Of a stretch of DNA of 64,000 nucleotides, positions 13,001-25,630 are shown in pieces. A program made the position numbers and the translations under genes. The stretch is taken from NCBI GenBank assembly GCA_030141605.1, contig JAQGDQ010000066.1, forward strand, positions 310,001 to 374,000. Reading direction: 5' to 3'. Position 1 is the stretch's first letter; each line of letters opens with the position of its first letter. Below the pieces are notes generated by a model, which worked only from the letters and a program-made list of their open reading frames with translations, was not told the origin of the DNA and made no database searches. This DNA comes from Tubiluchus corallicola (taxonomy: Eukaryota; Animalia; Priapulida).

Positions 13001-14495
13001 TCGTTCAGAGCTACATAGAAAATGTACAAAAATTGAGGTTGACATCATCATTTCACTTGACATGATACTGAATATGGAAGCCGAAGGTCTAAGTCAAGGA
13101 TAGCAAAATAGAATATCTAAAAATGGTTGAACCTAGTAGCCACTAAAACTATGGAAAAGGTCACTTTCGTTCATCATATAACTGTTCTCATCTAGCTGAT
13201 GACTCCGAAGGTTAAAAGCATAGTTCAGATCACAAAAGCAAAAGATTGTAACAAAAACTAAACTAAACGTGATTTACATGAACTCAAAAACACTGAATTT
13301 AATATGAGCATGACATTTACGGTATTACTAAAAACCAGCTATATATGTGATATAGTAATATTTCCTTCAACATTACCAAAAAATTGGCCCTTACAGTTTC
13401 TCGTAACTGGACTTTTAATTTCGAATGCACTGTTGTTGGTATCAATGCTATAAGATCCATGCTATATGAACCGCTGAAGAACACTTAGGACAGCTGATAC
13501 AAATTCAACTTTAAATCACATTGTATACTGATTCTTGGTAAAATGACAGTTAGCTGAGTGTTAAGGTGACGTCAGTATTAGAACTATAAACAGTTCTGCT
13601 ATTCATTTTCTGAAATCTTTTTGTCAGTCAGGAAGTATAGTGTTTATGATGCTTACTACAAACGCCGTTCCTAAACTAATTTATGATTTTACTTCAACTC
13701 ACCAAAACATTAATGTTATCAATCACTTGCTTCGTGCAGCCAACGCTTTGCCTCGTGCAGTTTAATGGTTGTGCGCAGACTTTATGCACATAGACACTTT
13801 CCCCAGTCTTCACGTCTATTCGATGTATTGCTTGACAGAACTCCAATCCTTCAAAAAAGTGTTATATGGCAATTTATGAAGATTTATGAAAGTACTGCAT
13901 TATGTATCCTATGTGAAAATTTAATGATTAAGGAAATTTCATTTATTATTATTTTTTAAAATTTTCAACCGAATGATTCTTTACTAGTGGACATACTCAG
14001 TATTAAAATTTTAATATTTGGCAAGAGAAAAATTTGATTTTGGAGTTTATTTAATCTGATTGCATTATTCTACACATGTTCGGTTACTACTTAAAATAAC
14101 CTTAATAGCTGAACTAAACTAAGTTAAAGTGCACTCAATAGTTATGCTACACGAGTTTTTGTGACATAAGTATGTGGCGATTAATGTATGACGAATTGCC
14201 TCAGAAACCAAACAAAAACCGATACAAAACTTACCTTTGGGACATGGTTCGTCTATGGCTAACCTATTACATTCTGCATCATTCTCTTTGGGCTTGCAAG
14301 TGTAGCAGGTGAGTTCTAAAAAGTGACAACAGCTTTATTACTTTGCTTGTGCTTTTAATCACTCTGTTTACTACAGGAGTTTGATGAAATTAGTCCTCAA
14401 CCATCTGTAGTTAAGCTATCGTTTTTATTTCAGTGTTAATGGTCATGTAATGTCTTGTGTTTTTATGCGAACCATCTACTCATAATAAATAAATA

Positions 14496-14740
14496 TTTAC
14501 TTTACTTTACTTTACTTTACTTTACTTTACTTTACTTTACTTTACTTTACTTTATTTTACTTTACTTTACTTTACTTTACTTTACTTTACTTTACTTTAC
14601 TTTACTTTACTTTACTTTACTTTACTTTACTTTACTTTACTTTACTTTACTTTACTTTACTTTACTTTACTTTACTTTACTTTACTTTACTTTACTTTAC
14701 TTTACTTTACTTTACTTTACTTTACTTTACTTTACTTTAC
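14496..14740 (+). repeat. (TTTAC)n pentanucleotide microsatellite, ~49 units
   Basis: Directly visible, with one TTTAT variant. It is preceded by AATAAATAAATA, as in LINE 3' tails. Confidence 0.98.
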
Positions 14741-15849
14741 TTTGCTTTTCTAAGAAATCTGACACTGTGTAAAAACACATAAAGAGAAATGATTACGCTT
14801 CAAAGACGTAAACTACTAATTATAGCTTATACAAATCAGAAAACTTGGAACTTGCGATTCATACCTTCATAATCTGTTGATATGACCATTTGAGCTTCTG
14901 TGGTAAAATAAATGAGAAGTAAACTTGAAATGTACACAGTAGTAGCCATTAGAAGTTTAATGTATCACCTCTCCTAGAAATAAAAAAAATGTTGATAATC
15001 ATCAAGTCGTACCAGTTATGCATTAATGTAAATCAACGTCTAATTACCAGTATTTACATTTTTATTTATATCTTCTGCAATGAATTGTAAAATCAAGTTA
15101 ATGCTAATAGTTGTTGAAGGACCGGAGTCTAGCTAATTATGCTATACGTTTGCATGGCTATAAATCCTCCCCCACGAAGTAGCATAGAACAACAAGGCCG
15201 ACGAAATCACCTACAAGCATTTCCCCCCGCAGTCACACATTCTTTTTCTGATCCGACTGAGCGTAGGTTAACTTCAATCGCTGGGCACACATAGTGACCG
15301 CTCACCTATTTCAATTGCTCAAAACGTATTAAAGAGATTACTTTTTTCACATCAATTAATAATTTTCTTTTGAAAATTAATTTACACAATTTTTTACTTA
15401 GGTAAACTTTTAAACTAATATAAAACAGCTTTTTACAAAAAGGTCTTGTAGTAAAACGTAAAAACGCTATACACTGGAACTGAGACAATTAAATAGAAAA
15501 CACAAATCAATCCAAGACAATCAGAAACAAAGACCGTCATAGTGGGTAAGCCTCTAGTTTAAGACTGATTTCTGTAAAGTAGTGAGAATGCAGTTAAAAT
15601 GAAAAATAGAAAAGGTAACTAGTTATAATAGTAAGAAATGGATAAAAAATGTTTACAAAATACATTATAAGTCCAGAAAATGAGATTTTTGGCAATGTAT
15701 GACGCGAAAGTTGAAGCCATTCAATTCACATTAACTGCGCAAGCGCGGAAAGGGTGATGATAGTCGGGGCTTTCAGTACTGTGACTAGGATTATAGAGCT
15801 TATCATCGTAGCGTAATGAAAGCAGACGGCTGAATCAATATTAGGGCAC

Positions 15850-16342
15850 GCGAGTAATTGGCTGCAGAATTGAAGTGTCCACTCCCAACTGAATAGTTCT
15901 TGTTATTCCAATTAATATTTTAATAGGCAGTGCAATCTACGCGAGCTTGCACTCCCGAGGAAGAATATTGTAAAGATTCCTATACAGAAGCAATATGGAA
16001 GTTAGGTTTCACCCACATCGATAAATAAATGATCGCAGACAAATTTCCCTAATCAGCAGGCCAGGAGGCCGCAATCCGGTTACTAAACAATCTAATATAA
16101 AAGCATTGCTATTAATGTACTTTCGTAAAATTGTTTTGTAAAAATATTTTAATATGGTGTTTGTAAATATGTTCATTTATTGTATATAGTTTTGCACTTT
16201 AGTTTTTTTTTAGTATGCACTGGACGCATTTGTCTTGAACAGTGTGGTTATTTTAACATTACGCTAAGGCTTACTCGATTTTATTATAATGAGTGAACCA
16301 TTTTTATGACAAATAAAGAATTAATATATATATATATATATA
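15850..16342 (+). mobile_element. Possible decayed non-LTR retrotransposon 3' end
   Basis: AAIRLLN-like C-terminal motif near 16065-16095, then a T-rich UTR-like tract, AATAAA and a (TA)n tail. Weak. Confidence 0.3.
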
Positions 16343-17254
16343 ATATCGTCTGTGGCTGTAATTGGGACGAAAAACAGTAAAGAAGGACTAATTTTACACG
16401 ATAGTACAGACTAGTGCAATCATATAACCTTACTCACCTGTCTATTATAAGAATCTTTATTAGACTAATGATTTGCACCTCTAGACCTCTAGTTCTTTGT
16501 AATTATCTTTCATGACGCATAAGTTATGTAGGCGTTTCGGTAAGATGTGGACGCTGGCGCAAGGTAACAAGAGAAAAAACGGAAAAACAGCGCCGCCGTC
16601 TTAAAGAATACCTATGTAAACAGACCATTGCCCTATTGTTCGCCTCCTTTATATAATGCACCTATAGAGCTCAGGCTTGCACTAATGATATTCATTATTT
16701 AACCAAACCCAACACTGAATTACACGTTTGAATTTTTTCTAATTTTAATGTTCGAAGTTAAAATCACATTAAGCTAACATTCTAAGTCAGCAGTTTCTGT
16801 ATGCAAACAGGAACGAGACAAAGGGATACTTGTGTGTGGGGCATAAGCATAAACTTGAATAATTTTTGTAATTCCGTTTAGATAAATATGTCATGAATGT
16901 GACTGCAACACCTCGCGTTTTTGTGAACAAAATAGTAAATCCGAAAGATCAACAAAGGTAAAAAATCAAGATTGAATGAAAAGCTAACATTAGCCCAACT
17001 AAAAATGCTGTAACATCTGAATGGCATGTTGACAGATATTTAATCTTTGTAGTAAAACTACATTGCATTAGTTAAGATACTCCTTTTGTAAGTAATGGAA
17101 ATCTCAAAATCTATCAAGATAAGCATTTTTAATGACAAGTTTCGTTATTATTACGTGACACAGACAGATTTCAAGGCATTCAATACACTATTTTAGAGCG
17201 CAACTCATCACATGGACCCATGGTGCGTAACGATAATTAATGTAAAAACTAATC

Positions 17255-17790
17255 CTAGATAAATAAATGAAAGAAGGAAGGAAAACAGAAGAGAAAGAAC
17301 GAAAAAAGGATGAATGAATACATGAACGATTGAACTACGAAGTGACCAATATGTCAAATAAGCGAACTACTCTGAAAGGTTTAAAATGAGTTTATGAACA
17401 ATTAAATAATGAAAAAATAAACAAAGTAACAAATAAACTTATAAATAAGCAAACGAACGAATGAATGACTAAACTAGCGTAAGTAAATAAGTAGCGATGC
17501 AATAAATAGATAAGCAAATAAACAAACAATGAATGAATAGCCAAAGAAATACAACAAAACGAATAGAAGAAAAACATGAACAGAAAGTTAACCAAACAAA
17601 CAAATAAACAAATTAGTAAACAAAAATACAAATGAAAAAGGAAAAACATAAGCAAAAAAAGTTCTGAAGGAAAACGGCTGTACGAATCGTAACAAATAAA
17701 CAATTTAAATATGTAAGTAAATAAATAAATAAAAATGACTGCGCCAATGAACGAAATACATGAAAAGGAGAAAAAAGCAAATAAGAAAAC
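17255..17790 (+). repeat. A-rich low-complexity tract (AAAT/GAAT/AAAC degenerate tetramers)
   Basis: Directly visible; it produces the spurious hydrophobic minus-strand ORF 17392-17703. Confidence 0.75.
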
Positions 17791-18099
17791 GTTGACGTGA
17801 CAAAAACGACTTAATAGATACTACCGTTGGAACTGCAATGCGGGACCCAGTGCACAGGTCAAACACGCGCTTTGTTTAAATCAGTTGAAAAATGTCATTA
17901 TCGTGACAATAATGATCCTTACAAACTGGTATTTTCCACATTATACTTGTCAACAGAGCGAGTACATCATATATCAAATTCAAAAATGTTTTTACTGAGG
18001 GATAAACTGCAAAACAAGTAGTTTAAATGCATTGCACCAGTGAGCCGAGCTTTTACTTCGCAGCTCTGTTAGTTTTGGAGCGCCCCGGCATTCGTCTGC

Positions 18100-18360
18100 C
18101 AGGGACAGATACTAGATACTGGACATGTTCTTATCAAACTAGTTGGTAAAAAATTCTGAAGTTAGTTAGGCAACAACCTGCTTTCGCTAACTGAGCTTAT
18201 CTCCGAAGAATGCGATACACCAAAAGAAGGTCAAGCGAATAAAAGGACAGAACTCGTGGCTCCAGACCACTAAATGGACAGCGAGTGTACAATAGCAGAG
18301 ATAAAGGTGTTGGTCATTTAATCGGATAATAGTCTTAAGCCGTCCACATTCCATATCTCA
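18100..18360 (+). mobile_element. Possible highly decayed CR1-like LINE fragments
   Basis: Frameshifted peptides ILDMFLSN and LNGQRV../EIKVLVI*SDNSLKPSTFHI resemble the LDLxLTN and KDLGVxxDxxLKPSxH motifs. Confidence 0.3.
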
Positions 18361-18770
18361 CTTGACTCTTCGCAAAGCTTGATGTATTTAGCCTTACTGG
18401 AGCGTCCTCACCGATTCTTGAGAAGAATTTCTCTTTTTCTGAACTATTATAATACGGTTTAACTAGCTATTTAAATGAGGTAAAAGCGAATAAGTACCAA
18501 AACGTTTAACTGTAACCACGAGCACTATAATACTATCATTAATTGAAATTCCAATATCCGGGCCATTTTGTGTTCCCAAGACACTTCCTTGCGGTGCACC
18601 TAATATTACTGGCTGATATCTGAACAATGGAATCTGCCTATGATTAATACGAAACTAAACCTCGTGTTATGCTTTATAATTCGTCTTTATACTCCGTACC
18701 TTAATTTAAATTTTCTAAACTTCTGGGATAGAGAAACATACCAAAATTTTAGGAAGAACAAAGTTATATA

Positions 18771-18883
18771 GGTGTAGTGAGGAATGCAGGTAAAATGGCA
18801 CGGGCGTAAGAAAAAAGGCATAATTTTCCATTTGTGCACTTTTTCCTGCGCCATATTTACCTGTGCCGTGTTTACCATACACC
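18771..18883. mobile_element. Short MITE-like palindromic element with GGTAAA..GGCAC subrepeats
   Basis: Left end GGTGTA...CAGGTAAAATGGCACGGG versus right end ...TTTACCTGTGCCGTGTTTACCATACACC in inverted orientation. Confidence 0.45.
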
Positions 18884-20579
18884 CCTTGAAACACGCATGC
18901 ATATGAAATATTACAATGAACAACAATTGACGCCAGAATACCACTAAAGACTGTCCTGTCAGCCTTGTAACCAAGAAAATAAGCATCCCGTGACTACAAA
19001 ATAACAGCAAAAACTTGAAAGGCAATCATGTGGTTAATCATAATAGTATTGTTATTCACGCCTACCCAGTTTCGCTTTACAGATGAGTTGATGTGAACTC
19101 AATATCTAGTCTATTAACAAATGTATGATAAGCTACAAGGCCCAGGAGCCTGTAAAATGGTGATTATTTCACACCAAATAGAAAACTTTGCCTTCTGTTA
19201 TTAACTTAGTCGATTGTAATGATGTGAATACGAGTTTTGGGGCAGGAAGATCCTGTCAAAACCTCTCTATGCCGTGCAGTGACAAATGGACAGCCTGCAT
19301 GAACAAATTCCACTGTTTTGTACCCGGGAGGAAGAAATTGGGGAAATAAATTTCCATGACAAGTTTTCAGTCATTAGCGAGTTACTGTGTGTTCTCAGTG
19401 AATTTATTTTGCGTGTTTACATAGAAGAACGAGTCAAAAATGCGCCGAAATAATTTAAATTGGCGGTAACGAAATAAATAGTAGTTTAAACATTTCAAAA
19501 GTTAGTTTATAACTCAATTTATATTCAACACACCTCGGTATTAACAGTACAAAATGAGTTTGTTTAAAGAGAGAATAGCGAAGTCTTTTTTCTATACACA
19601 TGTATAGAAAATTTAAATAATTAAACCAAAATTTCCGTGTTAGTGGCTTTAATGCATTGTCAGTTCAGAATATTTGCAATTTAAATTTATACATATTATT
19701 CGTAATAAACCAATAATAAAGTTGTACTGTCTCTGTTGAAACACGCTAGATAGGACTAATTAAAAGGCAAAAGAAGCCACAAGTAGGCTTTAAACACAAT
19801 CTTTAAACAAAATTTCTACATTTTTTTTATTTTTAACTTCTTGTGTGCTCTTGCGTTGTGTGTTACATTGTGTCCGTACTGTATTCTTATAATTTTTACT
19901 TTCTAGACATACAGAAGAATATCATTCTAGTGACAAAATGCAAATTGCTCTTTTCTTTACACCTGATAAACTATTTGTAACAATATTATAGTACTACAAG
20001 CAGGCAAGAAGTAAATTGTAGATTGTTAGCTCGAAAAAGCTGATCAAAATTCATACCAACTACAGGTAAGTTGAGACACATAAGCGTTCTTTTGCAGGCA
20101 GGTGTGATTCTGCACCGGTGAAAGAGTTTTATGGGCTATAAATGCTGAGTTATTGCAGTCAATATTATGCTGTGACTCAGTCATTTCTAGTGACTGTATT
20201 GGTTATTGCGCACATAGGAATTGGACCACAGCTGCAATTTTCATTAGGAGTTTCAGGTGACAGGTTGATTGATGTAAACGCCATTGCACAGGTGAGTCAT
20301 TGTCGATTAAAGCATAATAAAAGCTTTGGTGTCATCACAGAACAGATAGTTAATGGTTCCGTTGTCTATTATTCACGTATCACTTATTGGTCACAAGAGA
20401 TTTACAAATCACTGATCCTGTTTTGAATATATACAGCATGAGACCTTATCATTATGTATTGTAAATAAGGATAAACTCAGTTCTCAAAAAAGCCCTGACG
20501 TCTTTGCACACACCACTCTTTAACTGCAGTTTATTCTTACTCCTCCTTTTTAATCCGTCTCACACAAACGTGCTCTCTT

Positions 20580-20915
20580 TTTGTGTATCTCCTCTCTCCT
20601 TTCCTTCTCTTATGTTTTTTCTCTGTCTGTTTCTTCGTGTACATACACTGTGTGTCTAACTCTCCCTGTCTATCTATCTCTTTATTTCGTATCTATCTTT
20701 TTCTTATCTTTAGACTTTGCCTCACTTTCTGTTCTTCCTCTTCTTTCTGCTTGCTTTTCAAGTTCTTTCTTACTCTCCACGGCAGGTTTTACTCCTAGTT
20801 TTAATATAAGTTTATGTATAGTTTTTATGCCCTGCGCTCCCTTTTTCTTTCCATATTTGTACCTTATGCACCGGATTCTTACTTTTTTCTCTTCTGTTTC
20901 CATAACTTTCTGTTT
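20580..20915 (+). repeat. CT-rich low-complexity tract
   Basis: Pyrimidine-rich degenerate (CT)/(TCTT) repeats that explain the overlapping spurious ORFs. Confidence 0.7.
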
Positions 20916-21699
20916 TTTAAATAACTAGCTAAAATTACCTGTAGTACTGTTTTCGTACAGTCACAACTGTGTGGACCAGCAGCACTTTTGGTTACATAGT
21001 GCAATTTTCCTGAAAAAAAGAATAATAGTCACATTACAAAACATTTTAAGGTCAGAATAATATTCGTGTATCACTTTCTACCTTTAATTGGACATGGGAT
21101 ACAGGCGGCATAAAAAATAAATTGATTTGATACAAATTAAAGTACTTGTAAAGAATGTCAAAAACTACATAAACAATGCAACAAACAGAGGCAGTTTAGT
21201 AAAATATCTTGATATAACTTGTACCACAATAATTGGGTATTAATATATTGTAACCAAAAATTATATAGATTTATAGCCATTTAAGTTGTTTAATTCGTTT
21301 AGCAAAACCAGAATTTGTTCATCCGTTACTCACTTTTAAGTCATCCACTGGTAATTATATTCACAATTAAGACTGGAGTAATCACACAAACACAAACAGG
21401 ACAAGGTTATAAATTTTGGCGAACAGAGTTTCAAGTTCTCAAGTCAACCACAGCACATGTTTTACTGAATGTGAGCCGCATCACAGTAGAAGCGCATACT
21501 AATGACAGCATTCAACCATATCTCAGTAGTTACTAAGCTACTGATGGTTTATGATTGCAGCTGCGCATGCTCGTGAAACCGCACAGCCATAGTCGCATCC
21601 AATAACTTTACACCACCATTAGCTCCTTTTAGTAATTTTATAAGATTATTAAGAAGACTGGCCAATATTTTATTTTTGTGTTATAAATGTTTCTATTGA

Positions 21700-21870
21700 T
21701 TGCTAACTGTTGCTGCTACTGCCACTGCTGCTTCCTCTACTACTGTGGTTGTTGTTGATGATGATGATGATGTTGTTGTTGTTGTTGATGATGAAGGTGG
21801 TGATGACGATGATGATGATGATGATGAAGAAGATGAAGATGATAATGGTAATGATAATGACGATGATGCT
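21700..21870 (+). repeat. Compound trinucleotide microsatellite (GCT/GTT/GAT)
   Basis: Directly visible. Confidence 0.9.
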
Positions 21871-22529
21871 AACAGGAAAATGAAATCTTATGTACTGACA
21901 ACTTGGATTTAACTGGACAATTAGAAATAATGGATTTATAGATTAATGGTAGCAACAACGATATAAAGAGGCGTGTAAGCTTTTGTAATTCTTATACTCA
22001 ATTTAAAAACTGGCTTCGGCAAAATGATGAGATCGCCGCTAATAAACCACGCTTTCATTTGCAAATTCCTGAAAAGTCACTTCTTTTTGATTTATCAGCA
22101 ACACGACAGAGACCAGAATTGCAACCTGCATAGTGCAGATAAGAACACGCGCAATGAATCACTTTACAAGACAACGTTTCTAGGTTTCAGCCATGTTTTA
22201 AGCTTCCTCTGTCAGGTTATTATTCTCACTTAACTCCTATTTCTCTCTGATGGCCAATTACATACGTGACTTGCCTGTGTCTGAGCTTCTGAGAGTCGTT
22301 TTTTATATTTTATGAGTCATTTGCAAGCCTAACGAGCTCCACCCAGTGGATGGCAAGCCGATTGTTTGCGAAGCCATTTGGCGTGGTTTCTATGTTTCTT
22401 GTTAAATAAACGAAAAAACGAAAATGTTGCATGCTCTAGAAGCTAAAGAAAGTAAGTTAAAAATATTATTTAACTGCTAACAAAAAATCCCAGTGTTATA
22501 AGAAAGGAAACCATGACAGTTCAAGTCAT

Positions 22530-22715
22530 CACTGTGGTTTTTCATCAGGTGTGAGATTAAGAAAATCACAAATGCACATTTTTTGGATTTTTTTAATTTT
22601 TAACACACACAAAATGATATCACACTTTAAAAAGAGTAAAACCCCAAAAACTGCATTTAGTGGTTTTATGAGTCTTTTTCCTTTTTTTAATTTCACCTGT
22701 TGATAAAACACAGTG
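22530..22715. mobile_element. MITE with ~35-bp imperfect terminal inverted repeats
   Basis: Left CACTGTGGTTTTTCATCAGGTGTGAGATTAAGAAAA versus the reverse complement of the right end, CACTGTGTTTTATCAACAGGTGAAATTAAAAAA. No clear TSD. Confidence 0.7.
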
Positions 22716-24319
22716 GGGGTTTGAACCTTGTACTTTTTCTGTTCTCTTTTAATTGTGGCATTTCTCATTAATTGTACCATTTCATGTCATTCCTAAGTTT
22801 ACGCTCTTTAATCGTTAATTTGTTAATCCAACTTTGTTGTTCTGAATAAATATATAATGAATTATTATTACTGTAATTTGTTTTAGATATTTTGTTTATT
22901 TGTTTAACATTGAGTGGACAGGAAAAACGTTTCCTAAAGGGATTACTTTTTGGCTGAACGGCTTTTGAGGAAAGTTATAATTAACAGTATTGGCATATTC
23001 TTTACACTAATGCCCGAAACAAGAAAAAAAGCGAATATTTCAAAGCAAATGAACTCGTGTTATAACCATTATGCAGTTCGCATTAAATTTTATTTTAATT
23101 TGTGTTTATTAGGCACATATTTAACCGAACGTGAAAGTAATTTATGTTAATCAAAACTTATTTAAATCGCAAGTTTTATGTGTCCAATCAAAATAAAAAT
23201 TTATTTCAATAAATTACTGAACTAGATTTTATAGTTGAACGCTCAGATGGTCAGAGTAAAACAGATGGCTGGCGAGGCACAAAAGCAAAATCACCCAACG
23301 TATCTCTCCTAATCTCTCGTTCATTTCTTATCTGATCTCACCATCTACCTGGCACACAGCGTATTGTTGAAGACTGAATAGTAATTTCATAAAGTTTACA
23401 AAGCGCACAAAACCTACAGTTTATGCGTCTTCCTCAATAATTGCGCCAACACGCCATATATCCGGGTATATTCAACATTTATTCTATTGTATTGCCGGTT
23501 ATACAACCTGATCGTAATCGATGCAATTTTGAATTCAAATAGATTTGCAATAAAGCCGTGTTTTAGAAATCAGGTATAGGTTGGTGGCAGATGTGTTGTT
23601 TACATTCATTATCCCATCATATTGTATATGTTCTCTTTGATGAGCTAATGACATAGTCTGACATATAGTAGTCAGGAGTAGAGGGATGCACTGTCAGGTT
23701 CAAACATTTCAGAGACACTCTATAGTTTAAAAATGGAAGTTAGGAATTACCAGACGAATACAAGCAAAAAATTAAGAAAAAATTATAATGAGCTGGTTTA
23801 AAATACCCCGTTAAACAAACCACAATAGTAAGTTAGTTAATTGTTGAAATATGTAAAAGCTTATGAAATAAATACAACGAAATGTTCCAGAATTGTTTCA
23901 GTTCAAATAATTCATAATAAAACTACGTATTAAACGAATACGAGAATAATGCATTTTTCATTAGTGTCGTTTAACACCGTATAGAACTGGAACCGGGCCA
24001 AAAATAAAAATACGAAATATCATAATTGTTCATAGGCTCAATCAAGTAAAATCTCTACAGATGATTAAATATTAAACAACTATAATAACAGTAACAAGAA
24101 ACTCTACTGGATGCTGACACGGTATTGAAATGTGATACATGTAGTGACGTCAGTAAAAAATTATTGGTTGCCAAAATCTACAATGATAATCAATAATATG
24201 TGGCATCGTCTTAATAATAAGCTGCCTCCGTCTGAATCATTTACTTTGATAAATTAGGCGCCGAGCTAAATAAAAATGAAGCCAAGTCATTTATTGTTTG
24301 TGTCGTGTGTGCAGTGGGA

Positions 24320-25630
24320 ATTATCCTAATCCAATTCCATACATGGAATCCTTTCATGAAGTCGATGGGTCCGCGCAGAACCATGATTTTTACTGATTAT
24401 GAACGACTTGTAGTAAAATAATGAGGTAGCGACTTTCAGAAAACTTTTTCAGCAGAAATCTCAAAGTTCCTACTTTCTGGTGTCTGACGAGCACTATAAT
24501 CACATTGAGGTGTATCGAAAGCAGTCTTTGAGAATTATTTTGATATTTAAGCTTTAACTGGGCCTCTGTAATATGACGAACTATGAGAGATTTATCAACT
24601 CAATATTTCTTCATCTGACGGATTGGTTCGTGAGGCCTTCTAGAATGGAACACTGTGGTTTGACAAATTTGGCCGATCTGCGTTCTTTTTTGAGACTGAA
24701 TGAAGAAAAAGTTTATACAACATGAGTGACGAACACAAACTTCAGAGTTTGGTATAATGATTAGAGTTGTTGTGCCAACATGTAACTCGAAATGATGATG
24801 TTTGAAATTCATGTGTTAATCATTAACTGAAGTGCTTCAAAATGGTTCGGCACGTAGAAGTTTTCACGTGAGGATTTTGATTTTCAGATTTTCATCTGAT
24901 TGGATTATAAAAGACATTAAAAAATTTTTAATTTACCTATGCCTATTTGTGCGTTAAAAATAAAAAAATGTAAAAGGTTTAGTGACTTCTGAAACATTTT
25001 GCATATTTTAATAGCACGCCGGGATCATTTGATGGGTGAAGTCTTTATTATCCTAAGTTCCTAAACTAATTAACCTTAATATCCCCAAACCAAAAGACCA
25101 GATGGAAGCCGAAAATTCTTGGTAAATGCTTACACACGAGCAATTACTTGTGTGTTTGGTAATACGAATCGCTGTTCTTAACTCACATTCTAACCCCCAG
25201 GCCTAGCATCAGCAAAATATCATCAATCATAACCCAGACGGCAGCTAAATCTTACTGTGAATAAACGGAATGAGAACTTATTGAAGCGAGTGACAAGTTT
25301 TGGATGTTGCAGTTGAAATTGACGTGACATTTGAGCAATGGCGTACGATATTAACCTCCTCCCATTGACGTGACAAAGATTTGTTGAAGCAAATTTCGGC
25401 GTCACATGTACGCAAGTCCAATTGTGACTCATGCAAAGACAGCATCTGATTCCAGACATGGGATTTGTGTATGATCGATGGTTTTGAGAAAGTGGGAGGG
25501 CAATATAATTGAGGAATTACTCTGGGCTTTTCTTGGCTCAAGTGGGATCACAGAATATTTGTTTGACGAAAGTCTAATGAGATCTAAAGCGAGTTTTTGT
25601 CTCCAAGTGGTGAAGCGTAAATATCAGGGC
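24320..25630 (+). mobile_element. Possible Merlin (IS1595-related) transposase remnants, two fragments
   Basis: 25400-25630 gives CDSCKDSI*FQTW ... LGSSGITEYLFDESLMRSK..KRKY. 24320-24520 gives PFMKSMGPRRTMIFTD ... EHYNHIE. Both resemble Merlin motifs, but they are degraded and out of order. Confidence 0.35.

Noticed and set aside
14455-14772. 105-aa ORF of LLYFT repeats
   Set aside because: Translation of the (TTTAC)n microsatellite.
21700-21912. Acidic poly-Asp ORF, and similar poly-His/Ser/Thr ORFs at 31907-32352, 33481-33799 and 55249-55449
   Set aside because: Trinucleotide microsatellites without splice or homology support; two of them lie within SLC28 introns.
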